Origin: an uncultured virus (IMG/VR IMGVR_UViG_3300025736_000022) | Lineage: Duplodnaviria; Heunggongvirae; Uroviricota; Caudoviricetes | Direction: 5' to 3' (one strand) | Virus record (IMG/VR): IMGVR_UViG_3300025736_000022 | Length of the DNA stretch: 64,000 bases | Part shown: positions 19,446 to 29,010 of the stretch, piece after piece | Layout of the letters: the number at the start of each line of letters is the position of its first letter | How positions within the stretch are numbered: the first letter of the stretch is position 1 | Made by a program: the position numbers and the translations under genes | The notes under the pieces: model-generated | Told to the model about the DNA's origin: nothing | Databases searched by the model: none | What the model saw: the letters and a program-made list of their open reading frames with translations, nothing else

Positions 19446-19461
19446 TCTACCTATATTATCG
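19446..19461 (-). promoter_or_regulatory. Phage-specific promoter-like motif CGATAATATAGGTAGA
   Basis: The identical 16-mer occurs at intergenic 45118..45133 (+). Confidence 0.55.
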
Positions 19462-19469
19462 CTTGCTCG

Positions 19470-20444
19470 TTAATGCAAATCTAACAAGCCTTTGGAACGC
19501 AGGCAGTTGGGGCTTAAAAACAAACACTCTTTATGCCTATTGGTTTTGCCTCGTGTTTGCTTTTTGCCTGAAATATTCCCATAACCACCACCAGCCTTCC
19601 AACGATGCACACACCATCCATGTTGCAACAACTCCTTATGTTCATCGTAATAACCAGCCAAAATAATACGGTATTTCTTACGACTACCTCGCTTCAAACA
19701 CCAATGCCTTACATCATGGGCCACTTGGAGACTGTCCACAGCATAAATCCCTGCACGACGATCAGCCACATCACTGTAAGGTGGATCGAAAAAAATACCT
19801 ACAGGTGATGCAGGCGATACTTGATGTTGCCAATCGCCACCACAAACACGCGACCAATCACCACAAACCACTCGGACGTTTCGCAAACGTTCACTCAATT
19901 TCCGAAACCATTCATAAATTGGCGTGTTGTAAGGTTCTTGTACGCCCTTACCAGTAGAAGCCAAATGTAGTCTCTGACCCTTAGCATGCACGCCCGCACT
20001 TTTAACCAAATGAGGTCTCTGACCCGGACAAATCAAACCATGCCCAATCCAACAGGAAGCAGCCCATATGTAATACCCAGCCAACTTGGAATCGTAATAC
20101 TCATCATCGGCACATAATCGTTCCAACAATGTTTCCGTATTAAGATTGAGCTTGCGTTTACGTGCAATCAGATCTGCATGATTAACCGGCCAATCACACC
20201 ACTTAGCTACTTCATCCGGATTGGATTGCAAGCTGCGCCATACATTAGCTATATGACCGTCCTTGTCTACGACAGTTTCTACATGGCGCTGTGAATTCCA
20301 ACGTGGCCTTGCTAACAAGATAGCACACGAACCACAAAAAGGCTCCAGATAATGCCCCACATTACCCAGAGCCTTCCAAACCACAGAGGCGACTGTAGCT
20401 TTACCACCAAAATACGGAAATGGGGCTTTCAAACGTTTTGACAT
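19470..20444 (-). CDS. DNA adenine methyltransferase (Dam/D12 class)
   Basis: PFPYFGGK, YLEPFCGS and FFDPPY motifs. Confidence 0.88.
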   Translation of the reverse strand: MSKRLKAPFPYFGGKATVASVVWKALGNVGHYLEPFCGSCAILLARPRWNSQRHVETVVDKDGHIANVWRSLQSNPDEVAKWCDWPVNHADLIARKRKLNLNTETLLERLCADDEYYDSKLAGYYIWAASCWIGHGLICPGQRPHLVKSAGVHAKGQRLHLASTGKGVQEPYNTPIYEWFRKLSERLRNVRVVCGDWSRVCGGDWQHQVSPASPVGIFFDPPYSDVADRRAGIYAVDSLQVAHDVRHWCLKRGSRKKYRIILAGYYDEHKELLQHGWCVHRWKAGGGYGNISGKKQTRGKTNRHKECLFLSPNCLRSKGLLDLH

Positions 20445-20459
20445 TTTATGACCTTATGC

Positions 20460-20981
20460 CTACAGTTCCGGTTGCGTGCCTATCGGTATGGTAAGACCAA
20501 ACAGCAACTTGATCTCATCGTCTATATTATCGCTGTTGCTTTCCGATAGATAGTAATCCAACCATACGGTAGGCTGTGCGGGCCAATCAGGAAAGAATCG
20601 CAGTTCCGTACTAGGCTTGAGAATCCAATTATGATAAGCCGTATCATACAGCACAGACACACCACCATACAACTTCGCTGGATATTGTGCCAACCCCCAC
20701 TCACCCGGTATTGCTCTGTTTAGAACATCGCCAGCAACATCACCCATATTGAATTTAGTATACAAACCCACAGCAACATCATCATCCTCGAAATCCGATC
20801 CCCCCACCACCTCAATACCAATGCTGCTGTTGTTCGCATCCGCAATCACACCCACAGCCCCCCGTGTTACATTATCCCCCCCTGCCAACTGCACTTCGTA
20901 TCCGTATTTTGTACATCCAGTAAACGCAATTGCGGATACAATCAGTAATACAATCAACAATAAATTTCTATTACACTTCAT
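20460..20981 (-). CDS. Lipoprotein-signal, beta-strand-rich envelope protein
   Basis: MKCNRNLLLIVLLIVSAIAFTGC lipobox and alternating amphipathic strands ending LLFGLTIPIG. Confidence 0.55.
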   Translation of the reverse strand: MKCNRNLLLIVLLIVSAIAFTGCTKYGYEVQLAGGDNVTRGAVGVIADANNSSIGIEVVGGSDFEDDDVAVGLYTKFNMGDVAGDVLNRAIPGEWGLAQYPAKLYGGVSVLYDTAYHNWILKPSTELRFFPDWPAQPTVWLDYYLSESNSDNIDDEIKLLFGLTIPIGTQPEL

Positions 20982-21066
20982 CGTTCTGACTCCTTTGTAC
21001 AACACTACTGATTTTTTGCTATCTGTTTGTCACTTATATTGAACCGATGATGACATCGGATTATTT

Positions 21067-21297
21067 TTATTCTTTCTTCCTATATTTCGGGGGTTTGTCT
21101 ATATGCTGATAACACGTTTGCTTCGTCACCACTGTTTTACGTGGTTGGAGATGGCCAGATGATGTGACATTCAACGCTTCCCGCCTTGTATCTGTACGCA
21201 CAACATAAGTAACAAGAACCGTTTGCCTGACAATCCATATCTTTTGAGATGGTTGCGTAGTTGTTTCCTTTGGTTCGGGTGGTATCAACTTGTCCAT
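21067..21297 (-). CDS. Hypothetical protein
   Basis: AGGAG RBS within a 34-bp repeated junction. Confidence 0.55.
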   Translation of the reverse strand: MDKLIPPEPKETTTQPSQKIWIVRQTVLVTYVVRTDTRREALNVTSSGHLQPRKTVVTKQTCYQHIDKPPKYRKKE

Positions 21298-21322
21298 TTG
21301 AATCGCTCCTATCCAATCAGTT
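21289..21322. repeat. 34-bp direct repeat (copy at 22358..22391; 17-bp core also at 23276..23292)
   Basis: cttgtccatttgaatcgctcctatcc(a/g)atcagtt, 33/34 identical. Confidence 0.9.
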
Positions 21323-21516
21323 TATTTAACACTTCCCCCGTGTAACTTGAAGGGTATCGTCCGGCCGACCTCCCGCCCTTGAAAGAACACACGGAAATCG
21401 CGGCCCACAATCGTCTTACCCTTCACAGCAGCCCCTGCGCCAACCAAAGGCATCACACCCCCAACCACCGCAGCGGCCACCAACTTCCCAAATTCCCGTC
21501 GTGTCAAGGCCATCAT
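21322..21516 (-). CDS. Small Tat-signal protein
   Basis: ALTRREFGK plus a hydrophobic h-region. Confidence 0.6.
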   Translation of the reverse strand: MMALTRREFGKLVAAAVVGGVMPLVGAGAAVKGKTIVGRDFRVFFQGREVGRTIPFKLHGGSVK

Positions 21517-22124
21517 AGTACTCCTTCACCACTATCTACCATGCCTGTTATCACCACGTCACCATCAACCGCCAGTAACACATCTGCCCCAGACGGCCAA
21601 AAAATAGTCTCCAGGATCTCGACCGTCGCACTCCATGAAAACCCCCCGTTAACAATTTCACATTTATAGATATCATTTACTCCTGTCCGACAAAGCGGCG
21701 ACATAAGCGTACCCCGCACACAAACACGCAGCCGCTGCGGTTGTAGATCATCCCCAAATATCAGCCACGTTAAAACACTGCGACCAGGCGTTCCGGCCGA
21801 TTCGATATGCCCACACCACAGACCGTCGAGGTATAAGCCCGAATGCCCATAGGCAGACTTATAAGGCGAGATAGGTGGACCACCAAAGTTGATGCTGTTG
21901 CCCAACTCCTTGCATCGCTCAAACGTATGGTCACACTCCACAGCAGAACCTGTGTATTTACATTCGTGGTTCATGAAAACATGCATACACGGCCCGATAT
22001 CCAGAATGCCTCCTCTTGCAACTGTCGCCACAGGCGAAGCTTCTGCCTGAACCACCACAGGAACCACTGCCCCTGCCGCCGCACCGGCCGCCAGCTTACC
22101 GAATTCTCGTCGCGTCAATGCCAT
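21513..22124 (-). CDS. Tat-signal protein with gpL-like 4-Cys motif
   Basis: MALTRREFGKLAAGAAAGAVVPVVVQA signal, then C46-x8-C55-x8-C64-x6-C71 followed by GNSINFGG. Confidence 0.62.
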   Translation of the reverse strand: MALTRREFGKLAAGAAAGAVVPVVVQAEASPVATVARGGILDIGPCMHVFMNHECKYTGSAVECDHTFERCKELGNSINFGGPPISPYKSAYGHSGLYLDGLWCGHIESAGTPGRSVLTWLIFGDDLQPQRLRVCVRGTLMSPLCRTGVNDIYKCEIVNGGFSWSATVEILETIFWPSGADVLLAVDGDVVITGMVDSGEGVL

Positions 22125-22168
22125 CTCTTCATTCCCATCCTTGCTCGCCCTTTAGATTCTGGATCGGA

Positions 22169-22366
22169 TTATTTAACACTTCCCTGCCGGTTTGGCTTCT
22201 GGGCCGTTCTCCCCTCTTCTATCCGAGGGCAGTTTTGTCGAGAGCACAGGATATACCTGCCCCGATACTTCGGGTGTTCACAGGTACCCATCAACTGAAA
22301 GTGACAAGTGGGGCGCATCGCTATGTACTTCTCACGGTCTGACTGAGTGGGCTGTGTCTTGTCCAT
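22169..22366 (-). CDS. Small Cys-rich hypothetical protein
   Basis: C.F...G.C.HP...C....CP, with an AGGAG RBS. Confidence 0.5.
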   Translation of the reverse strand: MDKTQPTQSDREKYIAMRPTCHFQLMGTCEHPKYRGRYILCSRQNCPRIEEGRTAQKPNRQGSVK

Positions 22367-22377
22367 TTGAATCGCTC

Positions 22378-22986
22378 CTATCCGATCAGTTCATCCAACC
22401 ATGACATCTGCAAACGGCAACGCCCCCCAAACTTACGTTTCAGCGTTGTTATCTGTGGTTTGTAATCTGAATTGATAGTATCCCAAATATCATGCCAAAC
22501 GCAATCCCACTTTGTTTGCGTAGGCCACTTGTATGTAAACGCATCACCCCAATAAATAGTTACACGTGGATCTTTGAAATGCTTGCCCACCAAATCAATG
22601 ATATCCTTATTTACCTCTACAACGTCTATGTGTGTGACAGATTGTTTTGATAGCAATGCCTTCACCATACAACCCAATCCCAAACCATGAATCAAAATTC
22701 GGCCTTTTGCATATGCGTAAAAGGGTTTCATATCCCAGATTTCTGCTGTAGTGTCACTCATTACAACGCCTCTGATATCATGTACCAAACGCGTGTAATT
22801 CCCCGGAAACATCCCCCTACCCTCACGATAGCAAAGCAAAGCTTCTATATTTAACTCTACATTAAACCGCTCTATGTGCCAACAGCGCACAGACGATTCA
22901 GGCCAATGCACGTGAAACCTCTTCATCCATGGCGGTTCTTTCAGCGTACCCGCTTTAACTGCATCATAATGTCGCAATGATAACAT
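22378..22986 (-). CDS. SAM-dependent methyltransferase (spermidine-synthase-like fold)
   Basis: VMSDT...GRILIHGLGLG...HIDVVE...GDAF...WD.VWHDIW. Confidence 0.75.
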   Translation of the reverse strand: MLSLRHYDAVKAGTLKEPPWMKRFHVHWPESSVRCWHIERFNVELNIEALLCYREGRGMFPGNYTRLVHDIRGVVMSDTTAEIWDMKPFYAYAKGRILIHGLGLGCMVKALLSKQSVTHIDVVEVNKDIIDLVGKHFKDPRVTIYWGDAFTYKWPTQTKWDCVWHDIWDTINSDYKPQITTLKRKFGGRCRLQMSWLDELIG

Positions 22987-22992
22987 ATGCGT

Positions 22993-23280
22993 TTACTCCG
23001 TTTCTTCTTTGTTATCTAACTCAGGTGGTTGCTCTTTGGGCACAAACGTCTTAATGATATCAGGCACATCATCACACAACATAACATCCAGGTTGTCATA
23101 CGTCACAGTTATTGTTGGGGGCTCGTTTACAGAAATCAACAACGTTAAAGACGTCACCGCACCTGGAAATTGCTCCCGCAAAGCTCTCCCCAATGCTGTA
23201 TCACTATTCCACAACTCAAATCCAGAACCAAAACAGAGAGATTTGGATGTGCTATCCTGATTCGTTTCTTGTGCTTCCAT
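22993..23280 (-). CDS. Hypothetical protein
   Basis: ATG at 23280 follows GGAGCGATTCAA. Confidence 0.5.
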   Translation of the reverse strand: MEAQETNQDSTSKSLCFGSGFELWNSDTALGRALREQFPGAVTSLTLLISVNEPPTITVTYDNLDVMLCDDVPDIIKTFVPKEQPPELDNKEETE

Positions 23281-23878
23281 TTGAATCGCTCCCATAATTC
23301 ACAAACAAATCTTTCAATTTCTTGGTCTGTTCTACTAAATCCTCAACCTCTGATTTGATAGTTGCCAACTGCGCTTCTCCCCCTTCAATCTTTGCACTGA
23401 CGGCATAATCGCGCAGAAAATTAAGCAGTCTTTCAATTCTAACGCTATAATCGTCTATATCAAAATTACCCACACCCATTTCTAGCCTCCTAGCAGCCCC
23501 TGTAGCGGCCTATCTACTACTAACCCACACCGTAGTGCCCCCTCCCAACGAAAAGCGGTGTAGCACCCATGTAGGTGCGCCCCACCAAGCGGGAAAACTA
23601 ACATCGTATAATCTTATCAATCCGAATATTATTTGCATACTCGATAAATGAATCTAACAAAACCTCTGCTGAATGTACACCCGCACAATCGGGCTCAGAA
23701 AAACCGTAACCATCCACAAAACAATTGAAACTCAAAACAAGCATTTTCCTTGCTTCCATAATCTCTTCTGAATCGGTTCGCGATACCAATGCACTTTGTT
23801 GCTGCTGGTGTAAATCCATTTCATCCTCACAATATAGGTTAAGATTTCTATACCTCATTAGTATTATCGATAAGATGA

Positions 23879-24772
23879 TTATTGTGCACCTGTTAATATA
23901 CTTTTGAATTTTGCTGATACCTGCCTTTTGTTTCCTGACCACAACCGCTGAGTTGCGCGCCACTCCCCAGATTGTATATCTTTATTAAACAACATAGCGA
24001 ACGGCACGAATCCTAACTTACACGTGCGCGTCAACCTATCCACCGCTTTTTCAATCGTATCTTTCTTATATCCGATAAGAACATAACAACGAAACTTGTA
24101 CGAAATTATGTCTGAACTTGAAAGTGATTTAGCTGAATTAAAATTGAGTCCAGACACAGATTGTAGCAATTTAGACGCATTAACAAGAGGCTCCCAATCA
24201 TCCGGTGTATCATAAGCAAAATACACAGAATTAAATCGAATAGATGCAAGCAACTTCGCATGCCACCGCTGCAAAATCTTAGCCTCTAAACCCCCTGTAA
24301 ATTCTATCGGTTCAGATTGCCGTCGAAGCATCCTAAACACATTCCGAACATGTTTTTCAGAACACGCCAAAATATTGTTGTCAAACACATTCCATCCATC
24401 CTTAATTTCCAATTCCCTTATTTTTCGCCCCTCTCGTCTCCACGCCGCACAAAACCAACAATGATTAGGACAGCCTCGCGACGTTATGACACATCCTGGT
24501 TTGAGATACCTACCGACAACAAATTCACCACCCTTTGCATCTAATGCTGGGCCTCCTAATTTTACATCAGCCACTCTTCCCCATTGCCTTACTAACCAAT
24601 GAGCGCGCGGTAAATCCCATGTAAACGTACACGAAACATGAACCTCATCCACTGCATCAAAATCATAACCCAAACCCAATCCTGGACCCCTATTTATGAC
24701 CGTTAACGAATCAACGGGAGTCGCACTAGTTCGTCTCGGAAAAACTCGGATTATTGTAGAAGATTTACTCAT
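23879..24772 (-). CDS. Radical SAM protein
   Basis: SRGCPNHCWFC (CxxxCxxC), FDNNILA and YVLIGY motifs. Confidence 0.85.
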   Translation of the reverse strand: MSKSSTIIRVFPRRTSATPVDSLTVINRGPGLGLGYDFDAVDEVHVSCTFTWDLPRAHWLVRQWGRVADVKLGGPALDAKGGEFVVGRYLKPGCVITSRGCPNHCWFCAAWRREGRKIRELEIKDGWNVFDNNILACSEKHVRNVFRMLRRQSEPIEFTGGLEAKILQRWHAKLLASIRFNSVYFAYDTPDDWEPLVNASKLLQSVSGLNFNSAKSLSSSDIISYKFRCYVLIGYKKDTIEKAVDRLTRTCKLGFVPFAMLFNKDIQSGEWRATQRLWSGNKRQVSAKFKSILTGAQ

Positions 24773-24831
24773 ACCAATTCCATCCCTATCTATAAATGTT
24801 TTCTGCTTTATTACCTATAATAGTCCATCCG

Positions 24832-25728
24832 CTATCGCTTGCGTTTCGACTTTGTTTTGGGCACATTCTCCGCAGGAATCCAAGCACAACGTCCGTTTGG
24901 ATGGTGTGGGATTAAACCATGCGCATCCTTCACCTTATAAACCTCTCCCTCCTGATCCTCGCAAGCAACACACACACGATCATCCCCCGCCGTTGACCAT
25001 TCGACCTTCGCTGATACTTCCTCCACACCCAACAACTCAAAACTATCAAGCTGCCCTTCCGCATGGGCATAAACAATTTCGGTTCTTGCGATAGTTGATG
25101 CCCTTCCACGCGAAAGTAACGTAATAGACTTTCGCATTTCCCGCGCTACTTTCTTTGCGCCTTGTCCATGTGCTACACCATCTGCTAAAATCCGGCCCAA
25201 CTGACCTTTCATTGTATCAGTCAGACCCTTCATATTTTCAAACGCGCGCTCATACAACATTTCAATTTTGCTGAGCATTTCCGGCTGAAGGAACGCACTC
25301 TTCAAAAACTGTTCTTTCGATCCTCCATACCAAGCTGGAGAAACCGCCAAGTCGGCCTTGTGGACATCCGTATATGAGCGCATCATTCCTTTGCGATACG
25401 CCGAATCAACATACGTTGCAGTCCACGCATCTTTACTTGTAGGCAAATCAACGCCCAACACTCCCGCATCCACCTGCTGAGTAAGCCACGCCCTAAATTG
25501 CTTCACCTTCTGCGGATTAGTCAAAAACTTGTATTGGTGACGGATAACGTTGTGATGTGCAGATAATTGAAATGGTTGGGTTTCTTCTAAACCAAACGCA
25601 TCCAATGTCACAATTAGATTCCACAACTCTTTATCCAACCATCGTAACCGCCTGCGTATATCACGCACATACCGCATCCGCAATGAATATGTACGGGAAG
25701 GATCTAAATTCAACCAGTGCGTCGGCAT
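24832..25728 (-). CDS. Minor head protein (Mu gpF/SPP1 gp7-like)
   Basis: RA.TIARTE..AH...W.TAGDDRVC..C...IPHHPNGRC. Confidence 0.9.
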   Translation of the reverse strand: MPTHWLNLDPSRTYSLRMRYVRDIRRRLRWLDKELWNLIVTLDAFGLEETQPFQLSAHHNVIRHQYKFLTNPQKVKQFRAWLTQQVDAGVLGVDLPTSKDAWTATYVDSAYRKGMMRSYTDVHKADLAVSPAWYGGSKEQFLKSAFLQPEMLSKIEMLYERAFENMKGLTDTMKGQLGRILADGVAHGQGAKKVAREMRKSITLLSRGRASTIARTEIVYAHAEGQLDSFELLGVEEVSAKVEWSTAGDDRVCVACEDQEGEVYKVKDAHGLIPHHPNGRCAWIPAENVPKTKSKRKR

Positions 25729-25997
25729 CTTTTTCGTTCCTTACTGGGTACGTCCAAAACCATCCATGGTGTTTCGTATCGATAGGACACAGGTGTTTTG
25801 AGAAAACAATCCACTGGTTGCTGCAAGCATCGTTCCAAATACTTACAGCGCTTCCAGTATCTCCCGTTAGCGTTGCCACCCCAACATCGCCGCAATCCTA
25901 ATTGTGCAGTGAGTGAATCCGGAAACAAAAACTTCCAACACCGTGTCATGTGGACCGCAACAAAACCGTTGACGCGACGATTACGTTTACACTTCAT
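25710..25997 (-). CDS. Hypothetical protein between portal and gpF-like gene
   Basis: ATG (MKCKRN) follows GGAG and overlaps the gpF start. Confidence 0.4.
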   Translation of the reverse strand: MKCKRNRRVNGFVAVHMTRCWKFLFPDSLTAQLGLRRCWGGNANGRYWKRCKYLERCLQQPVDCFLKTPVSYRYETPWMVLDVPSKERKRCRRTG

Positions 25998-26037
25998 ATT
26001 TATCTCCAGCAAAAAGCGATTTATATATCCATATATA

Positions 26038-27519
26038 TTATCGCTCTTCATCGGGCTGTGTTTTAGGCTTGGACAATTCTAGCTCTTCTAAATCCTCCCC
26101 ATCATCTTCTCTATCCACAACATTGTCACCTATAGATTCTGCTTGATCTTCATCAAGGCCCAAAACTGTAACCAAGAAATCCTTTTCCGACATCAATGCA
26201 TCAACTTGGCCTTGGACGTACTTGGACATAGCCTCGGTTTGATCTTTCGCTGTTTCGGCTTGTTCCTTCGGGGTAGGTATATCACGTTCAGGCCACTTAA
26301 CAATAAATGGCTCTTTTGTCATGGGCAAAATACCCAATAACTGTAACCGTTCAACAAAGGGTCTAATTATTAACGGTGTTACATAACCCTCCTGTCGTCC
26401 ACCCACTCGCTCCAACCACGTTTTTCGATCCTGGCCACCCGCCAACTTGCCTTCCTCAGTACCCATGAAAACGCGATATGGAACGGCAATGCCAATACAA
26501 ATGAGTAAAATCTGGGACTTGATATAGGGCTCGGGATCAGTAAGCTTCGGCGCTATGTCTTGAGCTTTCATGCCAGAAGAAAATAAATAACGTTGCATAC
26601 CCTCGTAGTAATCACTCAGTGCTTCCTTCATATCAGTTTTTTGATCTGCGGTCAACGTCGTGCCCGCTGGTACAAGTTCTGGATCGACACCCCATGCCGT
26701 ACCACTAATACCCGCACGCCAAAACATCTCACCACTGCTAGAACTAATTTTTCGCAAATCGAGAAGATTGTTGTATACGGCCTGCAATCGAGATTCGCCA
26801 AACAACTCACTCGTCAAACGATTGTCTGCGTAATGAAGTACTCGTGTCCAATGAATACGAATATCCTTGGAAATGCCTTGCGTGCCCCCCGTAGTCACAT
26901 CCTCCATTGTCACTTTGTAAAACAGAGGCAAACCATAACGGGGGCTGTTAGTACTAGGTTCGCGCTTCTCAATAGTTACAGCCGATTCATCAAAGCATTT
27001 CAAGAACAATAAACGGTGTTTCTTTACAGCACCTGTAAAATCATCAGGCATTACACCAGATGCACTTTCAACCGACTCCACTGGGGTATCTAACTTGCCA
27101 CCATCGTCTATACCCAAAAGCATTATGCCATAACTACCAATCCCCGATAGTACATCCATACGCTTCAAAAAATGCAGAACATGTTTCTTTTGACGCAGCA
27201 AATCCCACGTCGTTTCAAACTCAGTTTCATCCTTTGTATCTTCCGTTTCAAACACATCTGGCAAACCCACCCAACATTCATCAGGCCAAAGATTAACCAC
27301 ACGACGCGCCACCCCATTACGATCAAACAACTTGCGGCATTGTGACGATTCGATATCTGCTGGATACCGACATTCATAATCAATGTCCAACCCAGGACTC
27401 AAATACTGCAACAATGAATTCACACGTGCTTGAGATCGCAACACGTTTAGATACGATCCCTGCAATTGTTGATCCTCAACCGACGATTTTGCCTTGCGTA
27501 CTACCTTTTTCTTGGCCAT
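26038..27519 (-). CDS. Portal protein (DUF1073-type)
   Basis: RNG.A.RVV...PDECW, YGLP..Y, IHWTRV.H, G.SRL..VYN.L.DL.K and IP.R...G.E.G.LA..QD motifs. Follows terL. Confidence 0.88.
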   Translation of the reverse strand: MAKKKVVRKAKSSVEDQQLQGSYLNVLRSQARVNSLLQYLSPGLDIDYECRYPADIESSQCRKLFDRNGVARRVVNLWPDECWVGLPDVFETEDTKDETEFETTWDLLRQKKHVLHFLKRMDVLSGIGSYGIMLLGIDDGGKLDTPVESVESASGVMPDDFTGAVKKHRLLFLKCFDESAVTIEKREPSTNSPRYGLPLFYKVTMEDVTTGGTQGISKDIRIHWTRVLHYADNRLTSELFGESRLQAVYNNLLDLRKISSSSGEMFWRAGISGTAWGVDPELVPAGTTLTADQKTDMKEALSDYYEGMQRYLFSSGMKAQDIAPKLTDPEPYIKSQILLICIGIAVPYRVFMGTEEGKLAGGQDRKTWLERVGGRQEGYVTPLIIRPFVERLQLLGILPMTKEPFIVKWPERDIPTPKEQAETAKDQTEAMSKYVQGQVDALMSEKDFLVTVLGLDEDQAESIGDNVVDREDDGEDLEELELSKPKTQPDEER

Positions 27520-27534
27520 GATCTATCCTCACGA

Positions 27535-29010
27535 TTAAAGATTGTTGAATCCTATTTGGAATGTGCCCTGACACGTCTGCCCAAATGCTCCAGATAGCGC
27601 ATCAACCTGATCCTTGAATTTGCTGAATGGAAAATATTGTATCTCCCCAATAAATGGTGCATGCCATGCCTCTGGCAATCCATCAATATACCCCTCAGGT
27701 GCCAGATAAACATTTCCCCCATTCACTTGAGACGCTACAGGATCAGCACGCAATTCTTTACCACCAGTAGGCCGATCAACTACAATACGCCACCCAGCTA
27801 GATTGCGTGTAGATGCCTGCGCGTCCCCTTTGCCTGAGCCCCCCGGTTCTTGTTCAAGCCCAACAACCACATGTTTACCATCTAACTCGGCACGCTGCTT
27901 CATCCGATTTTCCCGCGCAGCACTTTCTAACCGAAAACGATCCACATGTAAAATACACCAATTCTGATCCAAATCTTTACCCAGCCGCAAACCTACAGTC
28001 CAACACCCATCATCATATGTAGCAGCCTTATCCCAATACCGAATTTGTTTAACCCATTTTCTTGGATTGGTAGGATCGGGAGGTGTTTTGATCAACAATT
28101 TATCAGCCTGAAACATACCCCCACCAATAGGTACGGGTGACTGATCATATTGACCGGCGTACATAAAATCGCCACTTGCTTTGAGCTCTTGAAGTGCCAA
28201 CAAACCTAAACGTTGGGGATTGAGTAGTTTGCCTTGATCGTGATAGTATTTTTTTAGGCTTGCAGGCTTTACCAATGGAGATAGTGTAGCAGGTAAACAA
28301 ACATGCTTCACACGAATTTCCGCACGTTCAGCCATATCCAAAAGAAATCCTGTTGGATCTTCCTGAGACAACCGCTGCATTATCAGTATAGTGGGTACCA
28401 AATCAATTGCGCGCTTTCTGGATGGCAATGCTTCTAAGATAAACTCTTTGACAGCTTTCGTTTCTGCAATAGACCTCGCTGCCCTAGGATTCAGCGGATC
28501 ATCTATCACCACCAAATCCCCATGCTTCCCCGTGATGCTACCTTGTGTGCCCGCACTAAATCGCACACCCCCCGCTTTAGTGCCATACGTGCCAACAGCA
28601 TTCATATCACCGCGAATTACAACTTCTGGAAAACAAGCTTTATACTGTTCACTCCGAATCAAATCTCTAGCTTTGCGTGCATGCCCCACCATCAGATTTT
28701 GCTCATAAGAACAACCGATAAAATTCATAGATGGATTTTTAGCCCATATCCATCCATGCAAAAATATCGCAAATATCGTAGACTTGAGACTCACCGGAGG
28801 GATGTTGTATATGATATAATCGTAACGTTTCTTTTTGCGTGCTAATATTCGTTCCACTTCGCGTTGTGCATCCCAGCACAAATACTTAATATGCCAATTG
28901 GATTGCAGCGGTTCGTTCTGTACGACTATAGGCCAAAACTCTTTCACGAATTCGTAGAAAGATTTCCGCGTGATACTCCGAATCACATCGTATTCACGAA
29001 ACCCAATCAT
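27535..29010 (-). CDS. terL: Terminase large subunit
   Basis: NIPP.SLKS Walker A-like, VIDDP Walker B, YWDKAAT, EQEPGGSGK and DQVDALS nuclease motifs. Confidence 0.93.
   Translation of the reverse strand: MIGFREYDVIRSITRKSFYEFVKEFWPIVVQNEPLQSNWHIKYLCWDAQREVERILARKKKRYDYIIYNIPPVSLKSTIFAIFLHGWIWAKNPSMNFIGCSYEQNLMVGHARKARDLIRSEQYKACFPEVVIRGDMNAVGTYGTKAGGVRFSAGTQGSITGKHGDLVVIDDPLNPRAARSIAETKAVKEFILEALPSRKRAIDLVPTILIMQRLSQEDPTGFLLDMAERAEIRVKHVCLPATLSPLVKPASLKKYYHDQGKLLNPQRLGLLALQELKASGDFMYAGQYDQSPVPIGGGMFQADKLLIKTPPDPTNPRKWVKQIRYWDKAATYDDGCWTVGLRLGKDLDQNWCILHVDRFRLESAARENRMKQRAELDGKHVVVGLEQEPGGSGKGDAQASTRNLAGWRIVVDRPTGGKELRADPVASQVNGGNVYLAPEGYIDGLPEAWHAPFIGEIQYFPFSKFKDQVDALSGAFGQTCQGTFQIGFNNL

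Noticed and set aside
26038..27519. Anti-CBASS Acb1 call sometimes attached to this family
   Set aside because: Position after terL and size fit a portal, and no 2H phosphodiesterase HxT motifs were seen.
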